64,000 nucleotides of DNA from Planctomycetota bacterium (GTDB lineage Bacteria > Planctomycetota > UBA1135 > UBA2386): positions 992,001-1,056,000 of the forward strand of contig OZ245006.1 in the NCBI GenBank assembly GCA_965223545.1, written 5' to 3'. Each line of letters starts with the position of its first letter. Positions within the stretch are counted from its first letter, which is position 1. Below are positions 27,415 through 37,632 of this stretch, in pieces. The position numbers were made by a program, and so were the translations under genes. The notes below the pieces were generated by a model that saw only the letters and a program-made list of their open reading frames with translations, made no database searches and was not told the origin of the DNA.

Positions 27415-27980
27415 GCGACGACGGGGCGCTGCGCCGCGCGCTGGGACCGGCGATCGGCGCGTGGCGGTCGCGGCCCCGCATGCGCGACGCCGCGGTGCTG
27501 GTGCCGCTGGTGCGGGACGCCGGCCAGGACTGGCTTCTGCTGACCCAGCGCCGCGCCGACCTGCGCAACCACGGCGGCCAGATGTCGTTCCCCGGCGGCA
27601 GCCGCGACGGCGACGAGAACGCCCTCGAGTGCGCGCTGCGCGAGACCCACGAGGAGATCGGCGCCGCCCCCGACCACGTCGACGTGCTCGGGCGACTCGA
27701 CGACATCGCGACGACGGAGCGCTTCGCGGTGGCGGCCTTCGTCGGCCGGCTCGGCGCCCTCGATGGCCTGCGCCCCGACCCGAACGAGGTCGAGGCGCTG
27801 GTGCCGATCCCCGTTGCCGAGCTGCGCCGCGCCGAGCGCTGGGAGTGGCGGCCGTGGCGGCGCCGCAACGGCGTCGTCGTGCAAGTGCCCCACTTCGCGC
27901 ACGACGGCTACATGCTCTGGGGGATGAGCGGCTGGCTCACACAGCAGCTGCTGCAGCGCTGGTTCGGAGAGGCGGAGTAG
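27411..27980 (+). CDS. Nudix CoA pyrophosphatase (NudL/PCD1-like)
   Basis: AAVLVPL, LLTQR...HGGQMSFPGG, Nudix box ALRETHEEIG, PNEVE and LWG; GTGA overlap with boxR. Confidence 0.88.
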   Translation: MSDDGALRRALGPAIGAWRSRPRMRDAAVLVPLVRDAGQDWLLLTQRRADLRNHGGQMSFPGGSRDGDENALECALRETHEEIGAAPDHVDVLGRLDDIATTERFAVAAFVGRLGALDGLRPDPNEVEALVPIPVAELRRAERWEWRPWRRRNGVVVQVPHFAHDGYMLWGMSGWLTQQLLQRWFGEAE

Positions 27981-28006
27981 GCGGAGGAGTCAGCGGGCCG
28001 GTTCGC

Positions 28007-29539
28007 CTACACGTCGATGCGCAGCCACAGGCCTTCGCCGCCCCCGGTCGCACTCCACGACGAATCACCTTCGTGCTCGGCCAACGCGGCATCGATCCAG
28101 CCGACGAGGCCGGGAATCGCGCCCATCATCGGCACCGCCTCGCGGAACCGCCGCAGCACACGGCCGCGGCCCACGACCGTCTTGTGGCGGCCATCGCTGC
28201 GCAACCCACTCCGCCCACCCGCCGCCAGACAGGCGCGCAGCATCGCGGCGCCGCGCTCGTCCGGCGGCGCCAACAGCACGACGTCGCGCAGCGCGGTGAC
28301 GTGCATTTGCTCGACCCCACCGTCGACCACCGTCATCACGCCAGGACCGAGCTCCGCCGCCGGGCGAAGCTCGACGTCGGCGCCCGCAGCACACGCTGCG
28401 CGCAACGCCTCCACGACTGGCGCGGACTCGAGCACACCGACGCCCACGACCGCGCCCAGGGAGCCACTCGCGGCGATCAACGGGTCATCGCCACCCAGCT
28501 GCGCGGCGACGAACAGCTGTCCGGTCGCATAACCGTCGACGAGCTCCGACAACGGTAGGGCACGGCACCAACCCCACGGCGCCTGCCGGCCCTGCGGCGT
28601 CAGCATCTCCACCAGCAGGTCACTGTGCCAGGCCAACCGACCGACATCGATCTGCAGCGCGGTGTAGTCGGTGGCGGTCTCGGGCACCCAGCCCAGGATG
28701 TCGAGGGCGGCGACCTCGCGCGGGATCAGCGCACCGAGCCAACCGGAACCGACGCGCACGTCGGCAAACAACTCCAGCTGCTCCCCCCCGTCGCGGCGGC
28801 GGAGGCGACCGGCCACGCCGGCGAACCGCGGGCCGACAATCCACGGCAATGCCACCGACCACGCCCACTCAGCCGGCGTCAGCCCCCGCGCCCGCAACAC
28901 GAAGCCCAGGTCGCCACCGGACGCCGCCGCGCGCAGCGCGCGCTCGGCCGGCGACGCGCGGCGCTGGTAGCGGACAAAGCCCGCCATCACCGCGGCGGGG
29001 TCGCCAAAGTGCTCGGCCGGCGCGAGCCACCACTCGACCATGCCGTCGCGCTCGGCCGACAGCGCGGTCCAGACCTCTCTGTGCCGGAGCGCGAAGCGGC
29101 GATACTCAGCGCCGTCGAGCTCCACCGCGGCAGCCTCCTCCACCGTTCCGCCCGCCGCCCCCCACAGCAACCGCCAGGTGCCCTCGCCACCGACCGGCAT
29201 CGTCAGGCGCAGCACCGGAACAGTCTGGCCGAGCGCGACCCGAAGCAGACCGACGTCGAGCTGCATGGGGAACCGCATCGCTGCGATCCACGGCTTGACT
29301 CCGGGCGCCGGAACGCCCGGGCGCTGCACCGATTCCAAGACATGCCGCAGAACGGCGCGCAGCCACGCGGGGCGCAGCGCCTCCGCCCGCTCGACGCGCA
29401 ACTCGGCGAGCGGGTAGACCACGGCGTGCGGAGCAGCCTGCGCGGCCATCTTCGGGACCGGCCCCATCACCGCCGCGCACGCCGGCACCGCCCACCACCA
29501 CCGCGCCACCAGCACGCGCCCCACTGTAGCACCGAACAC
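28007..29539 (-). CDS. Hypothetical exported protein (start uncertain)
   Basis: Long ORF filling the gap between recognised genes, with a hydrophobic N-terminal segment ending AAQA. No recognisable motif. Confidence 0.45.
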   Translation of the reverse strand: MFGATVGRVLVARWWWAVPACAAVMGPVPKMAAQAAPHAVVYPLAELRVERAEALRPAWLRAVLRHVLESVQRPGVPAPGVKPWIAAMRFPMQLDVGLLRVALGQTVPVLRLTMPVGGEGTWRLLWGAAGGTVEEAAAVELDGAEYRRFALRHREVWTALSAERDGMVEWWLAPAEHFGDPAAVMAGFVRYQRRASPAERALRAAASGGDLGFVLRARGLTPAEWAWSVALPWIVGPRFAGVAGRLRRRDGGEQLELFADVRVGSGWLGALIPREVAALDILGWVPETATDYTALQIDVGRLAWHSDLLVEMLTPQGRQAPWGWCRALPLSELVDGYATGQLFVAAQLGGDDPLIAASGSLGAVVGVGVLESAPVVEALRAACAAGADVELRPAAELGPGVMTVVDGGVEQMHVTALRDVVLLAPPDERGAAMLRACLAAGGRSGLRSDGRHKTVVGRGRVLRRFREAVPMMGAIPGLVGWIDAALAEHEGDSSWSATGGGEGLWLRIDV

Positions 29540-29603
29540 GGAACGCACGCGCCCCGGCGCGCTTTCTTGTCGCCGTTCAGCACGACCGGACACCGAGGCG
29601 ACC

Positions 29604-31811
29604 ATGCGTATCGTTCCAGCTGTCACGCTGGCGGTGGCCGCCAGCGCTGTTCCCATCCCCGCGCAACCCGCGCGCCCCCTGCCACTCGATCTGGTGCCGA
29701 TCCACACGCGCGCACCGGATGCCGCCTCCGGCCACTACGGCACCTGGGCAGCGGGCCCCGACTACAAAGTCAGCTTCGGCGCGGAGGTCGCGTTCTACCC
29801 CGTGCTCGGCCGCGAGGCCCCCCGCAGTCTGCCGCTCCGCTGGCGCACCGAAGCGATCCTGGTCGGCGCCCAACCCTGGGCCGATGCCTCGAACGGCGTG
29901 CCGACGTGGCACGACGACTGGCGCTTCGAGCTGCGGCGCGGGGCCGTGACCGAGGCGTACGACGTCCTCGAAGAGGGGGTCGAGCAGACGTTCGTGCTGC
30001 ACGAGGCGCCCGGCCCCGGTGCGCTGCGCATCGTCGGCAGACTGACGACCGACCTCGACGCACCACCCCGGTCGGCACGGCACGGCGCGCTGTCGTTTGC
30101 CGACGACCGCGGCCGGGCGATCGTCGACTACGGCGCCGCGATCGCCTTCGACGCCGCGGGCCGGCGGACAAGCATGACGACGGCCTGGGACGGCGAGCGC
30201 GTGACGCTCGGGCTGAGCGCCGCGTGGCTCGCTGACGCGACCTACCCCGTGGTCGTCGATCCGCTCTTGGCATCGAACGTGGTCGCGACTGGGGCCGATC
30301 CCGTCGTGTCGACGTCGACGGTGCGCAACCCGGCGACGCATGTCTCGCTGATCGCCTACAGCCGTTCGGTCTCGCGCCTCGACGACGATCTCTACATCCG
30401 CACGGCAAACGACGGCTACACGCAGTCGGTCCTGGTGTTCACCGACCTCAACGCGTCGTACTCGTCCGGGCACGCACAGTGCGCGATGGCGGGCGGCGCC
30501 AACGCGTACGTCGTGGTGCACCAGCGCTCTTCCAGCACCGGCAGCGCGGTCATCGCACACGTCATGGCGGCGAACAACCCGGCGAACTACACGGTGGTGC
30601 CGATCCCGACGCCGCGCGGCGCCAGCGACCGCGCGCCGTCGGTCGGCGGCAACTCGGGCACGTCGCCGCGCATGACGGCGCACGCTCTGGTCTCCTGGTC
30701 ACGCACCGATGCCAGCGGCGCGGTGCAGGTGTGGGCCGCGGGCATCGATGCCCTGACGGGGACTTTGCGCACACCGGTCGCGATCCAGCCCTCGCCGGGA
30801 GTCCAACAAGAGCCGTGCGTCAACCGGTGGAGCGACGGCTCCGGGCCCTGGCTCGTGGCATGGATGGAGCGCAGCAATGCCCGGACGCCCTACGCGGTCT
30901 ACGCGCGGCAGGTGTTCGGCAGCGGTCAGCTCGGCTCCACCGTGTCGATCGGCGCGGCGAGGAATCCGAGCATGCACCACACGTATCCCCTCGTGGCCGG
31001 CCAAGGCGGCCGCTACCTGTTCGCGTGGACTGAGGCGACCAACAGCGGCGCCGGCACTCCCAGCTTCGGCGACCACGTCGCGGTGCAGCGCGTCGACTGG
31101 CCCGAAACGTCGGGTGCGCGGCCGTCGCTCAAGCTCGAACGGGCAATCGCAACCTCGCGGACCGGTGGCACACTCTGGCTCGGCAGCACGCGCGGGATCG
31201 CCTACGACCGCGACACCCAGTCGCACTGGACGCTCGCGTATCGAGACACCACCGACGACGTCGGCGTGGTCCGCGTCGGTTACTCGGGCGGCGTCGTCGA
31301 GCGCGACAACCTGGCCGACGCCTACGACCCCAGCGTCGAGTACAACCCGACCAGCCACGAGTACCAGCTGGTCGCCGCGGCTGCGGGCGGCACCAACACG
31401 CTCTTGGGGCAGCGCTGGCTCTACATGACCACCGCGCTGGCGAACGGCTACGGCACGGGCTGCATCGGCCGCATCATCGCCAACAACCGCGGCCCGGTGG
31501 CGGCGCCGTTCGCCGGCTCGGAGTTCTTCTCGGTCGAGCTGCGCCGGGGCGCCACCAATCAGCCCACCGCGCTCTACGTGGCCGGCGCCGCGGGGCGCCC
31601 GTTGCCCATCAGCGCGGGGTGCACGCTGCACTTGCCGCTGGCCGGCATGGTGCTCGCGGCCGCCGGCAGCGCGGACCCTTCGGGCAACTTCGCGGTCCCG
31701 GTGCCGCTTCCCGACGTGCCGCTGGTGACCGGCGATGCGTACTGGCAGTTCTTCCAGCTGGTCTCGGGCCAGATCCGCTCGACCAGCGGGTTGCACACGG
31801 CCGTGCACTGA
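29604..31811 (+). CDS. Secreted multidomain protein (N-terminal ...YPVVVDP domain, beta-rich core, shared C-terminal module), paralog 1
   Basis: Signal peptide; GVEQTFVL and WLADATYPVVVDP; C-terminal YGTGC...PLPDVPLVTGDAYWQ. Confidence 0.75.
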   Translation: MRIVPAVTLAVAASAVPIPAQPARPLPLDLVPIHTRAPDAASGHYGTWAAGPDYKVSFGAEVAFYPVLGREAPRSLPLRWRTEAILVGAQPWADASNGVPTWHDDWRFELRRGAVTEAYDVLEEGVEQTFVLHEAPGPGALRIVGRLTTDLDAPPRSARHGALSFADDRGRAIVDYGAAIAFDAAGRRTSMTTAWDGERVTLGLSAAWLADATYPVVVDPLLASNVVATGADPVVSTSTVRNPATHVSLIAYSRSVSRLDDDLYIRTANDGYTQSVLVFTDLNASYSSGHAQCAMAGGANAYVVVHQRSSSTGSAVIAHVMAANNPANYTVVPIPTPRGASDRAPSVGGNSGTSPRMTAHALVSWSRTDASGAVQVWAAGIDALTGTLRTPVAIQPSPGVQQEPCVNRWSDGSGPWLVAWMERSNARTPYAVYARQVFGSGQLGSTVSIGAARNPSMHHTYPLVAGQGGRYLFAWTEATNSGAGTPSFGDHVAVQRVDWPETSGARPSLKLERAIATSRTGGTLWLGSTRGIAYDRDTQSHWTLAYRDTTDDVGVVRVGYSGGVVERDNLADAYDPSVEYNPTSHEYQLVAAAAGGTNTLLGQRWLYMTTALANGYGTGCIGRIIANNRGPVAAPFAGSEFFSVELRRGATNQPTALYVAGAAGRPLPISAGCTLHLPLAGMVLAAAGSADPSGNFAVPVPLPDVPLVTGDAYWQFFQLVSGQIRSTSGLHTAVH

Positions 31812-32075
31812 GACGTCCGGGACCCGCGCCCCACGCTCGGGTCGCGGAACGCTCCGTGTTTGGTTGCGGCCTCGGCCGCGCTGAGACATCCTTCGGCCCA
31901 CATGACCCGGGCAGCGGGTGGGCCTCGCCGGAGGATCACCGGACGCGCGTCATCTGCGCAGCCAACGGGGAACCGGCAACCGCAAACGCGCTCTGCCCTA
32001 GGCGCGGATGCGCAACGGTGAAGCCTCTCGCATGGGTTTGTCGCCGACCGACCGGGCCTGGCTATAATGGGGCTG

Positions 32076-34286
32076 ATGCGAGTGTTGTCAAGTGTGACGC
32101 TGGTGCTGAGCGCCAGCGCCGTCCCCGTCCCGGCACAGGCTCCGCGCCCAATCCAGCTCGACCTGGTGCCGATCCATACGCAGTCCACGGACCCCGTCTT
32201 CGGTCGCTACGGAACGTGGGCGGCCGGGCCAAACTACAAGGTGAGCCTCGGCGCGGAGGTCTCGTTCTTCCCCGTGCTCGGCCGCGACGCTCCCCGCAAC
32301 CTCCCAGTGCGCTGGCAGACCGAGGCGATCCGAGTCGGCGGGCGCCCTTGGGCCGACGCGTCGCCGACGGTCTCGACGTGGCACGACGACTGGCGCTTCG
32401 AGCTCCGGCGCGGTGCAGTGACCGAGGCGTACGACGTCCGCAAAGAGGGAGTCGAGCAGACGTTCGTGCTGCACGAAGCCCCGGGTCCCGGCGCACTGCG
32501 CATCGTCGGCCGTCTGACGACCGACCTGGATGCGCCTCCCCAGGCAGCCCGCCACGGAGCGCTGACCTTTGCCAACGACCTCGGGCAGGCCATCGTCGAT
32601 TACGGTGCCGCCATCGCGTTCGACGCCACGGGGCGCTGGACGCCGTTGTCCACGGCCTGGGACGGCGAGCGCGTGACGCTCACACTGAGCGCTGCGTGGC
32701 TCGCAGGCGCGACCTACCCCGTGGTCGTGGATCCGCTGCTAGCGTCGAAAGTGATCTCGTCGGGGGCCTACCCTGTCGTCTCCACCGCGACGGTGCGCAA
32801 CGCGGCGACAGGCATCTCGCTGGTTGCCTTCAGCCGCGCGGTCTCGAGCCTCGACCACGACCTCTACATTCAGACTGCCGACGACGGCTACACGGGGTCG
32901 TACCGGGTGCTCGCCGACCTCAGCTCGTCGTGGTCGTCCGGGTACGCGCAGTGTGCGTTCGCGGGCGGTGCCAACGCTTACGTCGTGGTGCACGAGCGCT
33001 CGTCCAGTACTGGCAGCGCGGTCATCGCCCACGTACTGGCGGAGACCAACCCGCGGGCTTACACTGTGCTTCCGGTGCCGACGCCACCCGGCGCGCGCGA
33101 CCGCGCCCCGTCAGTCGGAGGCAACACGAACTCATCGCGGCGCACCGCGGCACACGCCATCATCTCGTGGTCGCGAACCGACGCCGCTGGCGCCGTGCAG
33201 GTCTGGGCAGCCGGCCTCGATGCCCTGAACGGAACCCTGCGCGCACCCGTCGCGATCCGGCCGTCGCCCGGCGTCCAACTGGAGCCGTGCGTCAACCGGT
33301 GGAGCGACGGCTCCGGGCCTTGGCTCGTGGCCTGGATGGAGCGCAGCAATGCTCAGACTCCGTTCGTGATCTTTGCGCGGCAGGTGGACGGCAACGGCCT
33401 GCTCGGCTCCACCGTGTCGATCGGCGCGACGAGGAACCCCTCCGTACACCGCACCTACCCACTGGTGGCCGGTCAGGCCGGCCGCTACCTGTTCGCGTGG
33501 ACCGAGGCAACCAACGATGGCCCCGGCACTCCCAGCTTCGGCAACCACGTCGCCGTACAGAGAGTCGACTGGCCCGAGACCTTGGGCACGCGCCCGTCGC
33601 TCAAGGCCGAGCGAGGCATCGCGGCGTCGCCGACCGGTGGCACGCTTTGGCTGGGCAGCACGCGCGGAATCGCCTACAATCGTGACACGCAGTCCCACTG
33701 GACGCTCGCCTATCGCGACACCGTCGACGATGTGCGCGTCGTCCGCGTCGGTTACTCGGGCGGCGTGGTCGAGCGCTTTAACCTGGCTAACGCGTATGAC
33801 CCCGCCGTCGAGTACAATTCAACCAATCAAGAGTACCAGCTGGTCGCCGCCGGTACGGGCTACACCAACACGCTTCTGGGGCAGCGCTGGGTCAGGCCCA
33901 ACTCGAACGCGTTCCAGTACGGCACCGGCTGCGTCGGCAGCATCAATGCCAACAACCGCGGGCCAGTGGCGCTGCCCTTCGCCGGTTCGGAGTTCTTCTC
34001 GGTGGAGCTGCGAGGAGGGGCTCCCAACCAGCCTGCCGCGCTCTTCGTTGACAAAACCAGGGGCCGGGCCCGCCCTTGGACACTCAGCCCTGGGTGTACG
34101 GCGAACTTGTCGCTGGAAGGCATGATCCTTGCCGCCGCCGGCAGCGCGGACCCGTCGGGCGACTTCGTGGTCCCGATGCCGCTCCCCGACGCTCCTGTGG
34201 TGACGGGTGGTGTGTCCTGGCAGTTCTTGCAGCTGGTCTCGGGCCAGATTCGCTCGACCAGAGCTCTGTACACGTTCGTGCATTGA
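32076..34286 (+). CDS. Secreted multidomain protein, tandem paralog 2
   Basis: Colinear with and highly similar to 29604-31811 over its full length; TATAAT lies 7 nt before the ATG. Confidence 0.75.
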   Translation: MRVLSSVTLVLSASAVPVPAQAPRPIQLDLVPIHTQSTDPVFGRYGTWAAGPNYKVSLGAEVSFFPVLGRDAPRNLPVRWQTEAIRVGGRPWADASPTVSTWHDDWRFELRRGAVTEAYDVRKEGVEQTFVLHEAPGPGALRIVGRLTTDLDAPPQAARHGALTFANDLGQAIVDYGAAIAFDATGRWTPLSTAWDGERVTLTLSAAWLAGATYPVVVDPLLASKVISSGAYPVVSTATVRNAATGISLVAFSRAVSSLDHDLYIQTADDGYTGSYRVLADLSSSWSSGYAQCAFAGGANAYVVVHERSSSTGSAVIAHVLAETNPRAYTVLPVPTPPGARDRAPSVGGNTNSSRRTAAHAIISWSRTDAAGAVQVWAAGLDALNGTLRAPVAIRPSPGVQLEPCVNRWSDGSGPWLVAWMERSNAQTPFVIFARQVDGNGLLGSTVSIGATRNPSVHRTYPLVAGQAGRYLFAWTEATNDGPGTPSFGNHVAVQRVDWPETLGTRPSLKAERGIAASPTGGTLWLGSTRGIAYNRDTQSHWTLAYRDTVDDVRVVRVGYSGGVVERFNLANAYDPAVEYNSTNQEYQLVAAGTGYTNTLLGQRWVRPNSNAFQYGTGCVGSINANNRGPVALPFAGSEFFSVELRGGAPNQPAALFVDKTRGRARPWTLSPGCTANLSLEGMILAAAGSADPSGDFVVPMPLPDAPVVTGGVSWQFLQLVSGQIRSTRALYTFVH

Positions 34287-34310
34287 CAGCGCGGTAGAGT
34301 TTCGGCCCGC

Positions 34311-35471
34311 ATGACCGCCGTCACTCTGCCAAAGGGCTTTCGCACCGCGGCGACCGCCGCCGGCATCAAGGCCGCGGGCCGCAGCCTCGATTTGGGCCTG
34401 TTGGTCGCCGACCACGCCGCGCCCGCCGCCGCGCTGTTCACCCGCAACGCGATGCTCGGCGCCCACATCCCGGTCTGCCGCGACCACCTGGCCCGCAGCG
34501 GCGGCGCGGTGCGCGCGGTGATCGTCAACTCCGGCTGCGCCAACTGCTCGACCGGGCAGCGCGGCCTCGACGACGCGCGGCGCACTGCCGCCGCGGTGGC
34601 CCGCGCTCTCGACTGCCCCGCCGAGCACGTGTTGCCGATCAGCACGGGTGCGATCGGCAGCCATCTGCCGATCGAACGCATCGAGGGCGCCGTGCCCGAG
34701 TTGGTCGCGGCCCTCGGCACGGACAGCATCGCCGCGTTCGCGCGCGCCATGATGACCACCGACACGCACCCCAAGCTGGCCAGCGCTCTGGCCACCGGTG
34801 CCCGCGTCACCGGCATCGCCAAGGGAGCAGGCATGATCCACCCCGACATGGCGACCATGCTCGGCTTCGTGCTCACCGACGCGGTGTTGGGCGACCTGGG
34901 CGACCCGCGCACCCTCGCCGACCAGTCCTTCCACCGGGTCACGATCGACGGAGACACCTCGCCCAACGACACCGTGCTGCTTTGGGGCACGGGGGGCGCC
35001 GGCGCAAGTGATCCCAGCGCGCGGCGCGCCGCGGCCATCGACGTCGCCAAGGATCTGGCCAAGCAGATCGCCGGCGATGGCGAAGGCGCAAGCCGCCTGG
35101 TCACGATCGCGGTGCACGGCGCGCCGAGCGAGGCAGAGGCCGTCCACGTCGGCCGCGTCATCGGCACCAGTCCCCTGACCAAGACCGCAATCGCCGGGCG
35201 CGATCCCAACTGGGGCCGTATCGTGGCCGCGGCCGGCCGGGCCGGCGTGCCGTTCGATCCCGACCGAGCGCGCGTCTGGATCGGCGCGACCACGGTGTTC
35301 GACGCGGGCGCGCCGCGGCCCGAGCGAGAGATCGCGGCAGCGCGCTATCTGCGCGACGAGCGCGAGGTCGAGCTCGGCATCGACCTCGCGGCGGGTGATG
35401 CGAAGGCGGAGGTTTGGACCTGCGACCTGACGGCGGAGTACGTGCGGATCAACGCAGACTACCGCACCTGA
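34311..35471 (+). CDS. argJ: Glutamate N-acetyltransferase/ornithine acetyltransferase ArgJ
   Basis: KGAGMIHPDMATML autocleavage motif, DGDTSPNDT, DGEGA, DPNWGR and YVRINADYRT. Confidence 0.95.
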   Translation: MTAVTLPKGFRTAATAAGIKAAGRSLDLGLLVADHAAPAAALFTRNAMLGAHIPVCRDHLARSGGAVRAVIVNSGCANCSTGQRGLDDARRTAAAVARALDCPAEHVLPISTGAIGSHLPIERIEGAVPELVAALGTDSIAAFARAMMTTDTHPKLASALATGARVTGIAKGAGMIHPDMATMLGFVLTDAVLGDLGDPRTLADQSFHRVTIDGDTSPNDTVLLWGTGGAGASDPSARRAAAIDVAKDLAKQIAGDGEGASRLVTIAVHGAPSEAEAVHVGRVIGTSPLTKTAIAGRDPNWGRIVAAAGRAGVPFDPDRARVWIGATTVFDAGAPRPEREIAAARYLRDEREVELGIDLAAGDAKAEVWTCDLTAEYVRINADYRT

Positions 35472-35552
35472 GGCTCGTCGCACGCGCCAGCCGATCACCC
35501 AAGTCAGCGGCGGCCGATTCAGTTGTCCCTATCCGTTCCGCGTGCGTCCCGT

Positions 35553-37055
35553 TCATTCTCGGGGAAGGGGCACGAAAAGTTGACGCGAGCTGCGCAAGAC
35601 GGCGAGCACCTCGCGATCGTCGACCGCGGCCGACAACTCCCGCCACAGCCGTAGCTGATGCTCCACCGCAAGCCGAACGCGCGCAGTGCGCAGCGTCTGC
35701 CACGGGCCACGCTCCAACGGTGTGGCGCGCGCGCCGAACAGCTCCGAGGGCAAGCCCTCGGCCCAAGCGGCCACCGCTCGCTCCGCCGCCGCGGGCAACG
35801 CGCCCACGCCTTCGACCATCAGCCGCAGGCGCGCGGTGACCTGCGCGCCGAACTCGGTGCAGCCTCCGGTCTCGACCGGGCTGATGAACGGGCGCCACAA
35901 GAACGCCCCGCCGAACACGTCGACGTCGTAGCCATTCCGACTCGCCGACGTCAGTGCCGCGCGCTGCGGTTGACCGAGCACCGCGAACAGCTCACGAAAA
36001 AACTGTGCTTGCCGTTCGGCCGATCTCTGTAGCCACTCGAGGGCCAGACCCCGGGTATCGCGCTCTTCCGTCCCGATGCCAGCGTGATAGGTGACGATCC
36101 GCTGCACGCTCGCGCGCTGTTCCGCATCGAGCGGTACCCCTGCAACAGTCAACAGGGCACTTGCCAGGTTGACGGCGATCGCGGGCACGGTCATCGCACC
36201 GTTCTCGCCCAATTTCGAGGACCGGGGGAGGACCGGCTGCAACAGACCGATGAGCACGCCCTCGTCCCGGTGCACTGCCGCCAACACCGACACGGTCGGT
36301 TGTTCTCCTGCGAGGACCGTGCGATGCGCCGAGTCGACGGCCGCCAGCATGGCGTGCAGTGTCTCCCCCACTGCTGGCCAATCGACGGCGTGCATGCGGA
36401 CATCGTTGGCCGGTGTCGAGAAGACGGGCACCGGTTCCGGTCGCGCTGCCGCAGGGACGTCGGGAACTTCCACCGAAGCTGTTCGAGTCTCGGAATGCGC
36501 GGGAGCCGCGAACTCGACCAGCGCCGCTTGCCACTCACCCATCGGATCCTCCTCCGGCGGCACACCCCCGGCACCGACGGCGATCAACGCACCACGCTTC
36601 ATCGGCGCTTCCGCATCGCCCGCGCGCAGTGTTCCCCGCACGACTTCCAGGCTCAACGTCGCCGGTTGCAACCAGAGCGGCGTGCGTCGTACGCGCAGTT
36701 CACTCGTCGCCTCCGCCTCGAACTCACTGCGGCCCAGAGAGAACTTGGCCCCCTCGTTGCCGGCCCGCAACCGGTCCCCAGGGGCCAAGCCCACGACCAC
36801 AGCTCCACCGGCGAACACGTACACCTCCTCGGCGATTACCAATCCGCGGTGCACGACAACCTCGACGTCGGCAACCAGAGGCACGGGATCGGTGGTACCG
36901 AGCCGCCAAACAAGCGCCGCTGCCGCGATCACCACCGCTGCGACCGCAACACCAAACAGCACCGGCCGCCGCGTGGCCCGCTTGGCCGGACGCCCTCCTT
37001 TGGCAAGAGCTTCGCTCAGCGCGATCTCCAGCAGCCGCTCGCGATCACCGCTCAA
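35553..37055 (-). CDS. Putative membrane-anchored anti-sigma factor
   Basis: The TTG start overlaps the ECF sigma stop, with GGAGG upstream. Short cytoplasmic N-terminus, one TM helix, then a FecR-like beta region (LAPGDRLRAG) and a helical C-terminus. Confidence 0.6.
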   Translation of the reverse strand: MSGDRERLLEIALSEALAKGGRPAKRATRRPVLFGVAVAAVVIAAAALVWRLGTTDPVPLVADVEVVVHRGLVIAEEVYVFAGGAVVVGLAPGDRLRAGNEGAKFSLGRSEFEAEATSELRVRRTPLWLQPATLSLEVVRGTLRAGDAEAPMKRGALIAVGAGGVPPEEDPMGEWQAALVEFAAPAHSETRTASVEVPDVPAAARPEPVPVFSTPANDVRMHAVDWPAVGETLHAMLAAVDSAHRTVLAGEQPTVSVLAAVHRDEGVLIGLLQPVLPRSSKLGENGAMTVPAIAVNLASALLTVAGVPLDAEQRASVQRIVTYHAGIGTEERDTRGLALEWLQRSAERQAQFFRELFAVLGQPQRAALTSASRNGYDVDVFGGAFLWRPFISPVETGGCTEFGAQVTARLRLMVEGVGALPAAAERAVAAWAEGLPSELFGARATPLERGPWQTLRTARVRLAVEHQLRLWRELSAAVDDREVLAVLRSSRQLFVPLPRE

Positions 37056-37567
37056 CGGTGCAACCTCCGTTCGACACACGCGCGCAGCGCCATGCGCACA
37101 CGCCGCAAGAGGCTCTTGACGCCATCCTCGGTCATCCCCAACTCGTTGGCCATGGCCTGACGCGAAAGCCCCTCCACGTAGCGCAACTCGACCGCGCGGC
37201 GACTGCGTTCTTTGAGCTGGGCGACGCAGAGGCGCACAGCCGCCACGTAGGCTTCGCCGCCATCCGCTCCGCATTCTTCGACCCACACCCGCTCTGCCGC
37301 CTCGAGCTGCTCCGGCGTGCGGTCGCGCAACGCGTTGCGATACGCGTTGCGGGCGATCGTGCGCAGCCAAGCCCGACGAGCGCGGACGCCCGCGTCGCGG
37401 AAGCGCGCCCGCATCGCCCGCAGCAGCACGTCGTGGGTCAGGTCTTCGGCGCGTTGGGGGTCACAACCGAGAAACCGCAAGTAGCGCCAGACCTCCTGCC
37501 GGTGCGCGCAGACCCAACCCGATCGGATCACCGGAGCGTCGGGAGGCGAGATCGTGCGCGCAAACAT
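37052..37567 (-). CDS. ECF RNA polymerase sigma-70 factor
   Basis: Region 2 VWRYLRFLGCD...AEDLTHDV, AWLRTIARN; region 4 LRYVEGLS...ELGMTEDGVKSLLRR. Confidence 0.88.
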   Translation of the reverse strand: MFARTISPPDAPVIRSGWVCAHRQEVWRYLRFLGCDPQRAEDLTHDVLLRAMRARFRDAGVRARRAWLRTIARNAYRNALRDRTPEQLEAAERVWVEECGADGGEAYVAAVRLCVAQLKERSRRAVELRYVEGLSRQAMANELGMTEDGVKSLLRRVRMALRACVERRLHR

Positions 37568-37632
37568 GTGCAAGGACGGGTCGGGCCGTGAACACTGTCG
37601 CCGTCCGATTTCCAATTCTGTCGACCGACCCC

